DNA from: Squalus acanthias
Taxonomy: Eukaryota
Direction: 5' to 3'
Length of the DNA stretch: 64,000 bases
Assembly (NCBI GenBank): GCA_030390025.1
Contig: CM059433.1
Coordinates: 1,736,001-1,800,000 of the forward strand
Positions 38,993-51,269 of this stretch are shown piece by piece. The translations under genes and the position numbers were made by a program. The notes beneath the pieces are model-generated. The model was not told where the DNA came from and ran no database searches. It saw nothing but the letters and a program-made list of their open reading frames with translations. Each line of letters opens with the position of its first letter. Position 1 is the first letter of the stretch.

Positions 38993-39885
38993 GGGGGAGA
39001 AATTCAGTATCGCCCCATTTGGGGCGCAATTATTGGCCGGGCGCAAAGATTAGCGCCTGGCACTAATTATCGCCACCGACTGCAAACTTGACTTTTATCG
39101 CCCCTGGAGGTGATTGGAGCGCTAAATCAGGCGCTTCACACCTGTCTTAAGGCGCAAAGGCCGAGGAGCGAGGCGCTACCTCAGAGCGCTGGCGAAGCTC
39201 ATGTGATGTCAGTCAGCAATGGAACACACACACAATTGCGCGGGCCAATTCTTAAAGGGGAGGGTTGATCTTGCTTTCCATCCACATCCTGCTCATTGCA
39301 GCCTTGAATCTCGGCCTGGAGAGACCTGTACATCAAATCTGCTGAATAGAACAATGGAGAGTACCAGGGAAAGAGCTCAGAGTGAAGCCCCCACAGTCTC
39401 TTCTAAATCGATACAAGGAAGGGCAAATCAAAATGAACCTGCAAAGTGCTGCTCAGTACCCAAAACTCCTTCACACAGCGTTGAATCTCTCCAGAAGTCT
39501 CTCTCTCTCTCTCTCAGAATGCGTGGTTCAAAAACGTCACCAACAATAAAAGGCAGGAAGCAGTCGCCTTTAAATAGCGCTCCCCCAGTCCCTTCCTGAC
39601 TGCAAAACGCTCCCCTCAACCTGTCGTTGCTAGTGGCAGGCGTTAAGGCAGGGGGCGCCACTCAATATCCACTCCGGGGCGATACCGGGGCGTTGCGCAC
39701 TCGACTGACGTCACGATCTGCCGGCGCAGGAGATCGTGGCGGTAGTGTTTAGCGCCGCCGCAAAATGTCTAGTTAATTTCGTGAGCGGCGCAAACATCGC
39801 CGCGCCCGGGCGCTAGCTGCTTTGCGCCCCATTAGCGCCCTCTTAAGGCGCTAACGGGAGGTGCAACCAACTGAATTTTTCCCCC
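38993..39885. mobile_element. Harbinger MITE family A, copy 1 (about 890 bp)
   Basis: TIR GGGGGAGAAATTCAG / CTGAATTTTTCCCCC, flanks ATT/ATT. Inverted relative to copies 2 and 3. Confidence 0.93.
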
Positions 39886-40343
39886 ATTGTGAATAACTGG
39901 GGACTTAACACGGATCCCTGCGGTACCGCACTAGTCACTGCCTGCCACTTGGAAAAAGACCCGTTTATTCCAACTCTTTTCTTCCTGTCTGCCAACCAGT
40001 TCTCTATCCAAGTCAGTACCTTACCCCCAATCCCATGTGCTTTAACTTTGCACGCTAATCTCTTATGCGGGAGCTTATCAAAAGCCTTCTGAAAGTCCAA
40101 ATACACCACATCCACTGGTTCTCCCTTATCTATTCTGCCAGTTACATCCTCAAAAAATTCCAGTAGATTAGTCAAGCCTGATTTAAGTTTTGTAAATCCA
40201 TGTTGACTTTGTCCGATCCTGTCACTGTTTTCCAAGTGCTCTGCTATTACATCTTATCTAATGGACTCTAGCATTTTCCCCACGACCGATGTCAGGCTTA
40301 CCGGTCTATAATTCCCCGTTTTCTCTCTACCACCTTTTTTAAA

Positions 40344-40560
40344 AGTGAGAAGTCACACAACACCAGGTTATAGTCCAACAGCTTTATTTGAAATCGCAAG
40401 CTTTCGGAGCGCTGCTCCTTCATCAGGTGAAGACTTCAACTGACGAAGGAGCAGCGCTCCAAAAGCTTGTGATTTCAAATAAAGCTGTTGGACTATAACC
40501 TGGTGTTGTGCGACTTCTCACTTTTGTCCACCCCAGTCCAACACCGGCATCTCCACATCA
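40344..40560. mobile_element. Penelope-like pLTR insertion with inverted duplication
   Basis: 92-bp inverted arms, 13-bp TSD CACCTTTTTTAAA, hammerhead motif in both arms. Confidence 0.8.
40394..40430 (-). ncRNA. Minimal type I hammerhead ribozyme motif
   Basis: UCAC-CUGAUGA-A-GGAGC/AGC/GCUCC-GAAAG-CUU-GCGA. Core intact, one helix I mismatch. The mirror copy at 40436-40472 (+) has GAAA changed to AAAA. Confidence 0.75.
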
Positions 40561-43500
40561 CACCTTTTTTAAATAGTGGGGTTACATTAGCTACCCTCCA
40601 ATCCATGGGAACTGTTCCAGAGTCTATAGAATTTTGGAAGATGACCAGCAATGCATCTATTATTTCTAGGGCCACCTCCTTAAGGACCCTAGGATGTAGA
40701 TTATTAGGCCCTGGGGATTTATCGGCCTTCAATCCCGTCAATTTCCCTAACACCATTTCCCTACAAATACTGATTTCATTCAGTTCCTCCCTCTCATTAG
40801 ACCCTATGTTCCCCGACATCTCTGGGAGGTTATTTGTGTCCTCCTTTGTGAAGACAGAACCAAAATATGTATTTAATTGGTCTGCCATTTCTTTGTTCCC
40901 CATTATAAATTCCCCTGATTCTGACTGCAAGGGACCTATGCTTGACTTCACCAATCTTTTTCTCTTCACATATGTATAGAAGCTTTTACAGTCAGTTTTT
41001 ATGTTCCCTGCAAGCTTTCTCTCATATTCTATTTTCCCCCTCTTAATTAATCCCTTTGCCCTCCTTTGATGAATCCTAAACTGCTCCCAATCCTCAGGTT
41101 TGCTGCTTTTTCTGGCCAATTTATATGTCCTCTCCTTGGATCTTATGCTATCTCTAATTTACCTTGTTAGCCACGGTTGAGTCACCTTTTTTGTTTTATT
41201 TTTATGCCAAACAGGGATGAACAAATTCTGTAGTTCATCCATGCGATCTTTAAATGTTTGCCATTGCCTATCCACCGTCAACCCTTTGAGTAACATTCCC
41301 CAATCCATCCTAGCCAACTCACGCCTCATACCATCGTAGTTTCCTTTATTTAAATTCAGGACCCTAGTCTCTGAGTCAACTACTTCACTCTCCATCTTAA
41401 TGAAGAATTCTTTCATATTATGATCACTCCTCCCCAAGGGGCCTCGCACAAGATTGCTAATTAATCCTTTCTCATTACATAATACCCAGTCTAAGATGGC
41501 CTGATCTCTAGTTGGTTCCTCAACATATTGGTCCAGGAAACCATCCCGTATACACTCTAGGAATTCCTCCTCCACGGTATTGTTACTAATTTGGTTAGCC
41601 CAATCTGTATGTAAATTAAAGTCACCCATGATAACTGCTGTGCCCTTATTGCACGCATCTCTGATTTCCCATTTAATGCCATCCCCAACCTCAGCATTAC
41701 TGTTTGGGGGTCTGTATACAACTCCCACTAATGTTTCTGCCCCTTGGTATTTCTCAGTTCTACCCATACAGATTCCACATCATCAGAGCTAATATCCTTC
41801 CTTACTATTGTGTTAATCTCCTCTTTAACCAGCAATGCTACCCCACCTCCTTTTCCTTTTTGCCTGTCTTTCCTGAATATTGAATACCCCTGGATGTTGA
41901 ATTCCCAGCCTTGGGCACCCTGCAGCCATGTCTCCGTAATCCCAATTATATCATATCTGTTTACCTCTATTTGCGCAGCTAATTCATCCACCTTATTACG
42001 AATGCTCCTCACATTAAGACACAAAGCCTTCAAGCTTGTTTTTTTAACACTCTTAGACCTTTTAGAATTATTATTTACTGTGGCCATGACGCCCTGCACC
42101 ATTGGCAAGCCTATCATATTGGCAAAGCCAACCGCACGCGCCGTCACACTTGGGCCATCCGTGGAGAACTGGATATAATTGTGCGCCTTTGCGAAGAGGG
42201 CATCGGTGACCTGTGTGATGCAGGTGTGTGCGGCCGACTGGGAGATGTGCTGATGTCTGCAGCTGATCTCTGGAAGGAGCCCGAAGCAAAGAGGTTGAGT
42301 GCGGTGGTGACTTTGACGGCCACTGGTAAGGAGTGTCCACCAGCTCCTCTGGGCTCCAGGTGTTGGTGCAGCATTGCGCCGATGTCAGCGACTACGTCTG
42401 TCGAAGGTCTCAGCCTCCTTTGGCACTGCTGCTCAGTCATGCTGAGGAAGCTGATCCTCTGCCTGGGGGTATCTCCTTTGGCGAGGTGCAGCCCTGCGCT
42501 GAGGCCCTCTGCCCTGTGCATCATCAGGTGGGTGAGGAGGAGGTTGGCGCTCCTGGTGCTGGTGCTGCTGTTGTGGCTGGTTGTGGTGCTTCCGCGGCTG
42601 TTCTTCCTCCGAATCTGACGACCAGTATGAGAGGATATAAATGTTTCCCATCCTGTTGCTATAGGTTTTTACTTGAGGCAACAAGCTTGTAAGCGCACAC
42701 TAGAAGTGGACTGAAATTATTCCAATCAGGTCAAACTGCAGATGGCTGTCAGCTTGAACAGTCAAGGTCAGTTGATTTGCAAAATCTTATCCCAAACCTC
42801 CAACAACAAAGTTGTTGCATTTGAATGTCAGCCATGTTACAGGAGCGCTTTTAAAGTTCTGCAGCAATAATGACTACTGATCATGTCCTCCACCAACTCG
42901 TCTCCTTGCAGCTGGACTGTTTCTGACAAGACGGGAAACAGGAGCCAAAGGCACGAAAATGGGAAACCGCTGTCAAAATAGGATTATCAAGGCAGTTAAC
43001 AGGCTCTTAACTGCCTTAACTACCTGTCCCACCAGTTGGAGATGGGTCAGTTTGGGAGCGGCTGAACCGACACTCACGAAAATCGGGTGGGGGCGGGATG
43101 GAGGAGGGTTGGGTATCTGAATCCATTGCTTCCCATTTTCGCTGCCGACACGCCTCCAAACCCATCTCCTCAGGGCTATTAAAATCGAGCTGAAAGAGTC
43201 TGCAAAGGGATATAGATAGGTTAAGTGAGTGGGCAAAAATTTGGCGGATGGAGTATAATGTGGGAAAATGTGAGGTTATCCACTTTGGTAGGAAGAATAG
43301 AAAAGCAAAATATTATTTAAATGAGAGAGACTACAGAATGCTGCGGTACAGAGGGATCTGGGGTCCTTGTACATGAAACACAAAAGTTAGCATGCAGGTA
43401 CAGCAAGTAATTAGGAAGGCAAATGGAATGTTGGCCTTTATTGCAAGGGGGATGGAGTATAAAAGTAGGGAAGTCTTGCTACAACTGTACAGGACATTGG

Positions 43501-44185
43501 TGAGACCACACCTGGAGTACTGCGTACAGATTTGGTCCCCTTATTTAAGGAGGGATATACTTGCATTGGAGGCAGTTCAGAGAAGGTTCACTAGGTTGAT
43601 TCCTGGAATGAAGGGGTTGTCTTATGAGGAAAGGTTGAGCAGGTTGGGCCTATACTCATTGGAGTTTAGAAGAATGAGAGGTGATCTTATTGAAACATAT
43701 AAGATTCTGAGGGGGCTCGACAAGGTAGATGCTGAGAGGATGTTTCCCCTAGTGGGGGAATCTAGAACTAGGGGGCATAGTTTCAGGATAAAGGGTCGCC
43801 CTTTTAAGACGGAGATGAGGAGGAATTTCATCTCTCAGAGGGTCGTGAATCTTTGGAATTCTCTACCCCAGAGAGCTGTGGAGGCGGAGTCATTGAATAT
43901 ATTCAAGGCTGAGACAGACAGATATTTGAACTACAGGGGAGTCAAGGGTTATGGGGAACAGGCAGAAAAGTGGAGTTAAGGCCAAGATCAGATCAGTCAT
44001 GATCTTATTGAATGGTGGAGCAGGCTCAAGGGGCCGAATGGCCGACTCCTGCTCCTATTTCTTATGTTCTTATGTTCTTACTCTGCTTTTCTATTTTTCC
44101 TAACTTCACATTCCCCACATTATATTCCATCTGCCATGTTCTTGCCCACTCACTTAACCTGTTTATATCCCTTTGCAGTCTCTTT

Positions 44186-47086
44186 AGAAACATAGAAACA
44201 TAGAAAAATAGGAGCAGGAGTAGGCCATTTGGCCCTTCGAGCCTGCTCCGCCATTCAATGTGATCATGGCTGACCCTCTATCTCAATACCATATTCCTGC
44301 TCTCTCCCCATACCCCTTGATGCCTTTTGTGTCTAGAAATCTATCTATCTCCTTCTTAAATATATTCAGTGACTTGGCCTCCACAGCCTTCTGTGGTAGA
44401 GAATTCCACAGGTTCACCACCCTCTGAGTGAAGAAATTTCTCTTCATCTCAGTCCTAAATGTCCTAGCCCGTATCCTGAGACTGTGACCCCTCGTTCTAG
44501 ACCCCCCAGCCAGGGGAAACATCCTCCCTGCATCCAGTCTGTCTAGCCCTGTCAGAATTTTATATGTTTCAATGAGATCCCCTCTCATTCTTCTAAACGC
44601 TAGTGAATACAGGCCTAGTCGACCCAATCTCTCCTCATACAACAGTCCTGCCATCCCAGGAATCAGTCTGGTGAACCTTCGCTGCACTCCCTCTGTGGCA
44701 AGTATATCCTTTCTTAGGTAAGGAGACCAAAACTGCATACAGTACTCCAGGTGTGGTCTCACCAAGGCCCTGTACAACTGTAGTAAGACATCCTTGCTCC
44801 TTTACTCAAATCCTCTTGCAATGAAGGCCAACATACCATTTGCCTTCCTAACTGCTTGCTGCACCTGCATGTTTTCTTTCAGTGACTGGTGTACAAGGAC
44901 ACCCAGGTCCCTTTGTACATCAGCATTTCCCAATCTATCACCATTTAAATAATACTCTACCTTTCTGTTTTTCCTACCGAAGTGGATAACTTCACATTTA
45001 TCCACATTATACTGCATCTGCCATGTACTTGCCCACTCACTCAACTTGTCTAAATCGCCTTGAAGCCTCTTTGCATCCTCCTCACAACTCACAATCCCAC
45101 CCAGTTCAGCAAACTTGGAAATATTACATTTGGTTCCCTCATCCAAATCATTGATATATATTGTGAATAGCTGGGGCCCAAGCACTGATCCCTGCGGTAC
45201 CCCACTAGTCACTGCCTGCCACCCCAAAAAAGACCCATTTATTCCTACTCTCTGTTTCCTGTCTGTTAACCAATTTTCAATCCATGCCTGTATATTACCC
45301 CCAATCCCATGTGCTTTAATTTTGCACACTAACCTCTTTGTGGGACTTTATCAAAGGCCTTCTGAAAATCCAAATACACCTCATCCACTGGTTCTCCCTT
45401 ATCTATTCTAATAGTTACATCCTCAAAAAACTCCAGTAGGTTTGTCAAACACGATTTCGCTTTCATAAATCCATGTTGACTTTGTCTAATCCCTTTGATA
45501 TTTTCTAAGTGTCCTGTTATCACATCCTTTATAATAGACTCTAGCATTTTCCCTACTACTGATGTTAGGCTAACCGGTCTGTAGTTCCCTGTTTTCTCTC
45601 TCCCTCCTTTTTTAAATAGTGGGGTTACATTTCCCACCCTCCAATCTGCAGGAACTGTTCCATAATCTATAGAATTTTGGAAGATGACAACCAAAGCATC
45701 CACTATTTCCATGGCTACCTCTTTTAGTACTCTGGGATGCAGATTATCAGGCCCTGGGGATTTATCGGCTTTCAGTCCCATTAATTTCTCCAGCACTATT
45801 TTTTTACTAATACTAATTTCCTTTAATTCTTCCTTCTCACTAGACCCTTGGGGGTAAAAATTCAGTTGGTTGCGCCTCCCGTTAGCGCCTTAAGAGGGCG
45901 CTAATGGGGCGCAAAGCCGCTAACGCCCGGGCGCAGCGATGTTTGCGCCGCTCGGGAACTTAACTAGAGATTGTGCGGCGGCGCTAAACTTTACCGCTGC
46001 GACAACCTGCGCGCACAGATTGTGACGTCATTCCATGGTGCAACGCCCTTGTGGCGCCCCGGAGCGGAAATTGAGTGGCGCCCCCTGCCTTACCGCCTGG
46101 CGCATCCAACGACCAGAAGACTGGAACGCTATCAATCGCTGTGGGGCTGGGGGGGGGCGCTATTTAAAGGGGGCCTCTTCCTGTCTTTTATTGTTGGTGG
46201 CATTTTTGAACTACGCATTCTGAGAGAGAGAGGGAGAGACTTCTGGAGAGATTCAACGTTGTGTGAAGGAGTTTTGGGTACTGAGCAGCACTTTGCAGGT
46301 TCATTTTGATTTGCCATTCCTTGTATCGATTTAGCAGAGACTGTGGGAGCTGCACTCTGAGCTCTTTGCCTGGTACTCTCCATTGTTCTTTCCAGCACAT
46401 TTGATGTGCAAGTCTCTCCAGGCCGAGATTCAAGGCTGCAATGAACAGGATGTGGATGGAAAGCAAGATTAACCATCCCCTTTAAGAACTGGCCCGTGCC
46501 ATTGTGTGTGTGTTCCATTGCTGACTGACATTACATGAGCTTCGCCAGCGCTCTGAGTTAGCGCCTCACTCCTTGGCCTTTGCGCCTTAAGACAGGTGTG
46601 CAGCGCCTGATTTAGCGCTCCACTCACCTCCCAGGGCGGTAAAAGTGAAGTTTCCAGTCAGTGCCGATAATTAGCGCCAGGCGCTAATATTTGCGTCCAG
46701 ACGATATTTGCGCCCCAAATGGGGCGCGACCTAATTTTTCCCCCTTGGTTCCTTAGCATTTCTGGGAAGTTATTTGTGTCCTCTTCCGTGAAGACAGAAC
46801 CAAAGTATTTGTTTAATTGCTCAGCCATTTCCTTGTTCCCCATTATAAATTCTCCCATTTCTGACTGTAAGGGTCCTGCATTTGTCTTCACTAATCTTTT
46901 TCTTGTTACATACTTGTAGAAGCTTTTACAGTCTGCTTTTATGTTCCTTGCAAGTTGACTCTCATGCTCTATTTTTCCCCTCTTAATCAATCTCTTGGTC
47001 CTTTTTTGCTGAACTCTAAACTGCTCCCAATCCTCAGGCTTGCTACTTTTTCTGGCAACTTTATATGACTCCTCTTTGGATCTAAT
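44186..47086 (-). mobile_element. 5'-truncated CR1 LINE with nested MITE
   Basis: ORF2 pieces at 44283-45796 and 46744-47086, with 3' UTR and tail. Confidence 0.93.
45850..46743. mobile_element. Harbinger MITE family A, copy 2
   Basis: TIR GGGGGTAAAAATT / AATTTTTCCCC, TSD CTT. Confidence 0.93.
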
Positions 47087-47655
47087 TGTGTCCTCTTCAC
47101 AACTTACTTTCCCACCTAGCTTTGTATCGTCAGCAAGCTTGGATACATTACACTCGGTCTCCATCTCAAGTCATTGATATAGATTGTGAATAGCTGAGGC
47201 CCCAGCACTGATCATTGCGGTACCCCACTTATTACAGCCTGCCAATCCGAAAATGACCCATTTATTCCTACTCTCTGTTTTCTGTCCATTAACTAATCCT
47301 CAATCCAAGCTAATATATTACCCCCAGTCCTATGAGCCCTAATTTTGTGTAATAACCTCTTGTGTGGCACCTTATCGAATGCCTTTTGAAAATCCAAATA
47401 AACCACATCCGCTGGTTCCCTCTTATCTACCCTGCTAGTTACCTCAAAAAATTCTGTTAGATTTATCAAACACGATTTCCCTTTCATAAATCCATGTTTA
47501 CTCTGCCCAATGAAGTGCCCTGTTACTACGTCCCTGATAATAGATTCTAGTATTTTCCCTACTACTGATGTCAGGCTAACTGGCCTATAGTTCCCTGTTT
47601 GCTGGAAATTGGAAATTAGAAGCAGGCATAAAATGGGTGCCTAAGTGTCCAATAT

Positions 47656-49258
47656 AAGAACATAAGAACATAAGAAATAGGAGCAGGAGTAGACCAATCG
47701 GCCCCTCGAGCCTGCTCCGCCATTCAATAAGATCATGGCTGATCTGATCCAACCTCAACTCTAAAGAACACAAGAAGCAGGAGCAGGACCAGGCCACTCG
47801 GCCCCTGGGCCCGCTCCGCCACCCACAGGGCCTTGACCGATCCGAACTCAGCCTCATGTCCAATTTCCAGCCCGCTCCCCGTAACCCCTAATTCCCTTTA
47901 CTTCTAGGAAACGGTCTATTTCTGTTTTAAATTTATTTAATGAAGTAGCTTCCACAGCTTCCTGGGGTAGCAAATTCCACAGACCCACTACCCTCTGAGT
48001 GAAAAAGTTTCTCCTCATCTCAGTTTTGAAAGAGCAGCCCCTTATTCTAAGATTATGTCCCCTAGTTCTAGTTTCACCCATCATTGGGAACATCCTCACC
48101 GCGTCCACCCGATCAAGTCCCTTCACAATCTTATATGTTTCAATAAGATCGCCTCTCATTCTTCTGAACTCCAATGAGTAGAGTCCCAATCTACTCAACC
48201 TCTCCTTGTATGTCCACCCCATCATCCCCGGAATTAACCGAGTGAACCTTCTTTGTACTGCCTCGAGAGCAAGTATGTCTTTTCTTAAGTATGGACACCA
48301 AAACTGTATGCAGTACTCCAGGTGCGGTCTCACCAATACCCTATACAACTGCAGCAATACCTCCCTGTTTTTATATTCTATCCCCCTAGCAATAAAAGCC
48401 AACATTCCATTGGCTTTCTTGATCACCTGCTGCACCTGCATGCTAACTTTTTGATTTTCTTGCACCAAGACCCCCAGATCCCTTTGTACTGCAGTACTTT
48501 CCAGTTTCTCGCCATTAAGATAATAACTTGCTCTCTGATTTTTCCTGCCAAAGTGCATAACCTCACATTTTCCAATATTGTATTGCATCTGCCAAATCTC
48601 TGCCCACTCACCCAGCCTGTCTATATCCCCTTGTAGGTTTTTTATGTCCTCCTCACTCTCTACTTTCCCTCCCATCTTTGTATCATCTGCAAACTTTGAT
48701 ATGTTACACTCGGTCCCCTCCTCCAAATCGTTAATATAGATTGTAAAGAGTTGGGGACCCAGCACCGACCTCTGCGGAACACCACTGGCTACTGGTTGCC
48801 AGTCCGAGAATGAACCATTTATCCCAACTCTCTGCTTCCTGTTAGATAACCAATCCTCCACCCATGCCAGAATATTACCCCCAATCCAGTGATTTTTTAT
48901 CTTGAGTAATAATCTTTTATGTGGCACCTTGTCGAATGCCTTCTGGAAGTCTAAATACACTACATCCACTGGTTCCCCTTTATCCACCCTATACGTTATG
49001 TCCTCAAAGAACTCAAGCAAATTTGTCAGACATGACTTCCCCTTCATAAAGCCATGCTGACTTTGTCCTATTAAATTATGTTTATCTAAACGTTCCGTTA
49101 CTGTCTCCTTAATAATAGACTCCAAAATTTTACCCACCACAGATGTTAGGCTAACTGGTATATAATTTCCAGCCTTCTGCCTACAACCCTTTTTAAATAA
49201 GGGTGTTACATTAGCAGTTTTCCAATCTGCCGGGACCTTTGCTGAGTTCAGGGAGTTT
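47656..49258 (-). mobile_element. 5'-truncated CR1 LINE, related to 19406-21913
   Basis: 428-aa RT ORF and the same duplicated 3' UTR layout. Confidence 0.95.
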
Positions 49259-49362
49259 TGTCAGGTGACATGGCCGCGCTTACTCCGCACTGGAAGTACA
49301 CAGCCCGCCATATTGGTTGGGCCTCTCCAAAGGCATCCAGAGTGTTTTTTAAAATGTTTTAT

Positions 49363-49541
49363 ATTAGTTTATGGGATGTGGGCGTCGCTGGCAAGGCCAG
49401 TATTTATTGCCCATCCCTAATTGCTCCTCGAGAAGGTGGTGGTGAGTCGCCTTCTTGAGCCGCTGCAGTCCGTGTGGTGAAGGTGCTCCCACAGTGCTGT
49501 TAGGGAGGGAGTTCCAGGATTCTGACCCAGCGACGATGAAG
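49363..49541 (-). mobile_element. 3' end of another CR1/L2-group LINE
   Basis: Encodes WNSLPNSTVGAPSPHGLQRLKKATHHHLL, a LINE ORF2-like C-terminus, followed by a short 3' UTR. Confidence 0.65.
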
Positions 49542-50024
49542 GTGTATGTGCCTCTAACATATGTATATCGGCAGCTTAATGCCTTTTGTAAAGGCACACA
49601 GCAGCCAAGCCTAAAGGTAAAGCTGGAGCACACCTCTCGTCGCCACACTAAATCCGCGGGCTACAGCCAGCTCATGCCCACTCTGATTGCCTTCTGCTCC
49701 CCCCTCTCCAGGACTCTTCAAAGGGCTGGTGACTGGTGAGCTGCCTCTAGGGCCGTGACTGGCATCCGTTGTTCACCGATAATAAAAAAAATGAGGCCAG
49801 AAGACCAATTTGCCGTGGTCCTGCCATCGTGATCCAATTTCTACGCCGATGTTTTTACGCTGTACTGATTGAATTAGGATGGGCAGAAAATGGGTCAGAA
49901 AACACTACAGCATACTGCTTATTATATTTGGATGATATATTTAGTACCGGCAGATAGTTGATGTGTAACGGATATATTAGCCCCTGTTTTATCTCAGTGT
50001 GGGAATCGGGGGTGCAGGGACAAA

Positions 50025-50773
50025 GGGCTGGATTTTGATACTGGGGCGGGTTGGGGTCGTGTCATCCGCATTTCGTGTTATCCACCCGACTGCAATTGGA
50101 TGTGGGAGATTGATGCAATTTTCACTTAATTGGGCAATTGAGTTCCAGCATGTGGGAACCCATGAACCAATTAGTGGTTTCATTCTGAAAGTCGCCTCTG
50201 ATGATGTCATCATTGCTGCTGCATTGCAGTTCACGTCAGAGACTGCCTGGCCTTTGCTGTGAGAGGACCTGGATGCAAAATGAGCAGCAGCTCAGAGAGA
50301 GATGAGAGAGAATTTTTTTTGCATCCAGGTCCTCTCACAGCAAAGGCAATGCAGTCTCTGAACACATTCAATGCAGCAGCATCAGAGGTGACTTTCAGAC
50401 CTAATACTACTACTACCTTCATCACATCTCCGTTGTAATAATGGACCTGCAGCTGATAGTCAGCTGTCCACTTGTGCTCCCGCCAGGTTTCACTGGCGTG
50501 TTTCAGATCAGGCGTACTTCACGTGGGAAAAGGGTTAAACTAGCTAAAACGTTTCAAAATGGCATTACAGAGCCAATTTAGGGCTTGTTAAGGGCTTTAA
50601 TGGCCTCTCCCGCCTCTTGGAGGCGGGACGGAGTCGGGAACCCCGCACATGATTTCATCAAAATTGCGTGGAGGTGGAATGGAGGCGGGATCAGGTCCGC
50701 CCGCCACTTTTCGCAATTTTAACCCCCCACACACCTCCAAACCCGCCTCCACGGCCCTATGAAAATCCAGCCC
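50025..50773. mobile_element. Harbinger-type MITE (family B TIRs)
   Basis: Perfect TIR GGGCTGGATTTT / AAAATCCAGCCC, TSD AAA/AAA. Confidence 0.92.
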
Positions 50774-51269
50774 AAAGTGCCCAAACCCCCGGACAGTGAG
50801 GCTGGGAGATTTTAACTTCTGAGCCTCATTTACATTGCCCGACACTGACTCTGACCCAAAGCCGGTGGGAATGATGATACTGCCAGTGGGTGGCCGTCAC
50901 ACTTCCTGGGGGTGGGGGGTCAGGCTGTCACTGGGAGCCCATGGAAATGGTCCCCAGCATGGTAAGCAAAGAATTAGATGGGGGGAGGATGTGGAGATTC
51001 GGAAAGTCTGCGATCAGAAGACAGGAGGGTTGTGTGGGGGCAGAGGAGGCTCAAGATATCCTGCTCCTCCTGGCCAACAAGTAGCCTTTAACACAAAAAT
51101 TAAATCTCACTTATCAGGGCCTCCTGCGGCCAGGATCCTGACTTTCGCTGCTGGGTTGAAGACCGTGGATTAAATGGCATGCCATTGAAATTCGGCCCCC
51201 GCTCCTCTGGGGCAGGCGGCCTGCGAGTGACGAGTGGATGTGAACACGTCAGGATCATGACACGAACCT

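Larger units (their letters stand above)
38036..42082 (-). mobile_element. CR1 LINE spanning nearly all of ORF2, with nested MITE and Penelope-like insertions
   Basis: APE and RT motifs in ORFs 41728-42147, 41159-41767, 40493-41119, 39843-40235 and 38279-39046. Tail (TTCTATGT)n. Confidence 0.95.
37353..42651 (-). pseudogene. Harbinger transposase, split by CR1
   Basis: N-terminal half at 42083-42651 ([23 protein letters not shown]). C-terminal half at 37353-38037 ([31 protein letters not shown], poly-E). Confidence 0.9.
35149..43192. mobile_element. Degenerate PIF/Harbinger transposon carrying two CR1 insertions
   Basis: TIR GGGCTGGATTTT / AAAATCGAGCTG and TSD AAA/AAA. Host CR1 rejoins as GATAC-AAA-GAGTCTGC. 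Confidence 0.88.
32335..43979 (+). pseudogene. CR1 ORF2 (APE endonuclease plus RT), fragmented
   Basis: NARS, ITETWL, GGGVA, VYRPP, GDFN and SDHN motifs, RT at 34263-35148, C-terminus at 43193-43979. Confidence 0.92.
29126..44078 (+). mobile_element. Full-length CR1 LINE (5' UTR, ORF1, ORF2, 3' UTR) fragmented by nested insertions
   Basis: Colinear pieces at 29126-30183, 31821-33106, 33896-35148 and 43193-44078 rejoin at each junction. 5' UTR has GGTGAGTGAGGGAATTC repeats; tail TTCTTATG. Confidence 0.9.
44079..47600 (-). mobile_element. CR1 RT fragment (44079-44185 and 47087-47600) split by a second CR1
   Basis: RT motifs [18 protein letters not shown] continue across the insertion. Confidence 0.8.

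Noticed and set aside
39219..39599. MEHTHN... ORF shared by the three MITE A copies as a novel protein
   Set aside because: Explained as upstream sequence plus read-through of the deletion junction in closely related copies; C-termini differ.
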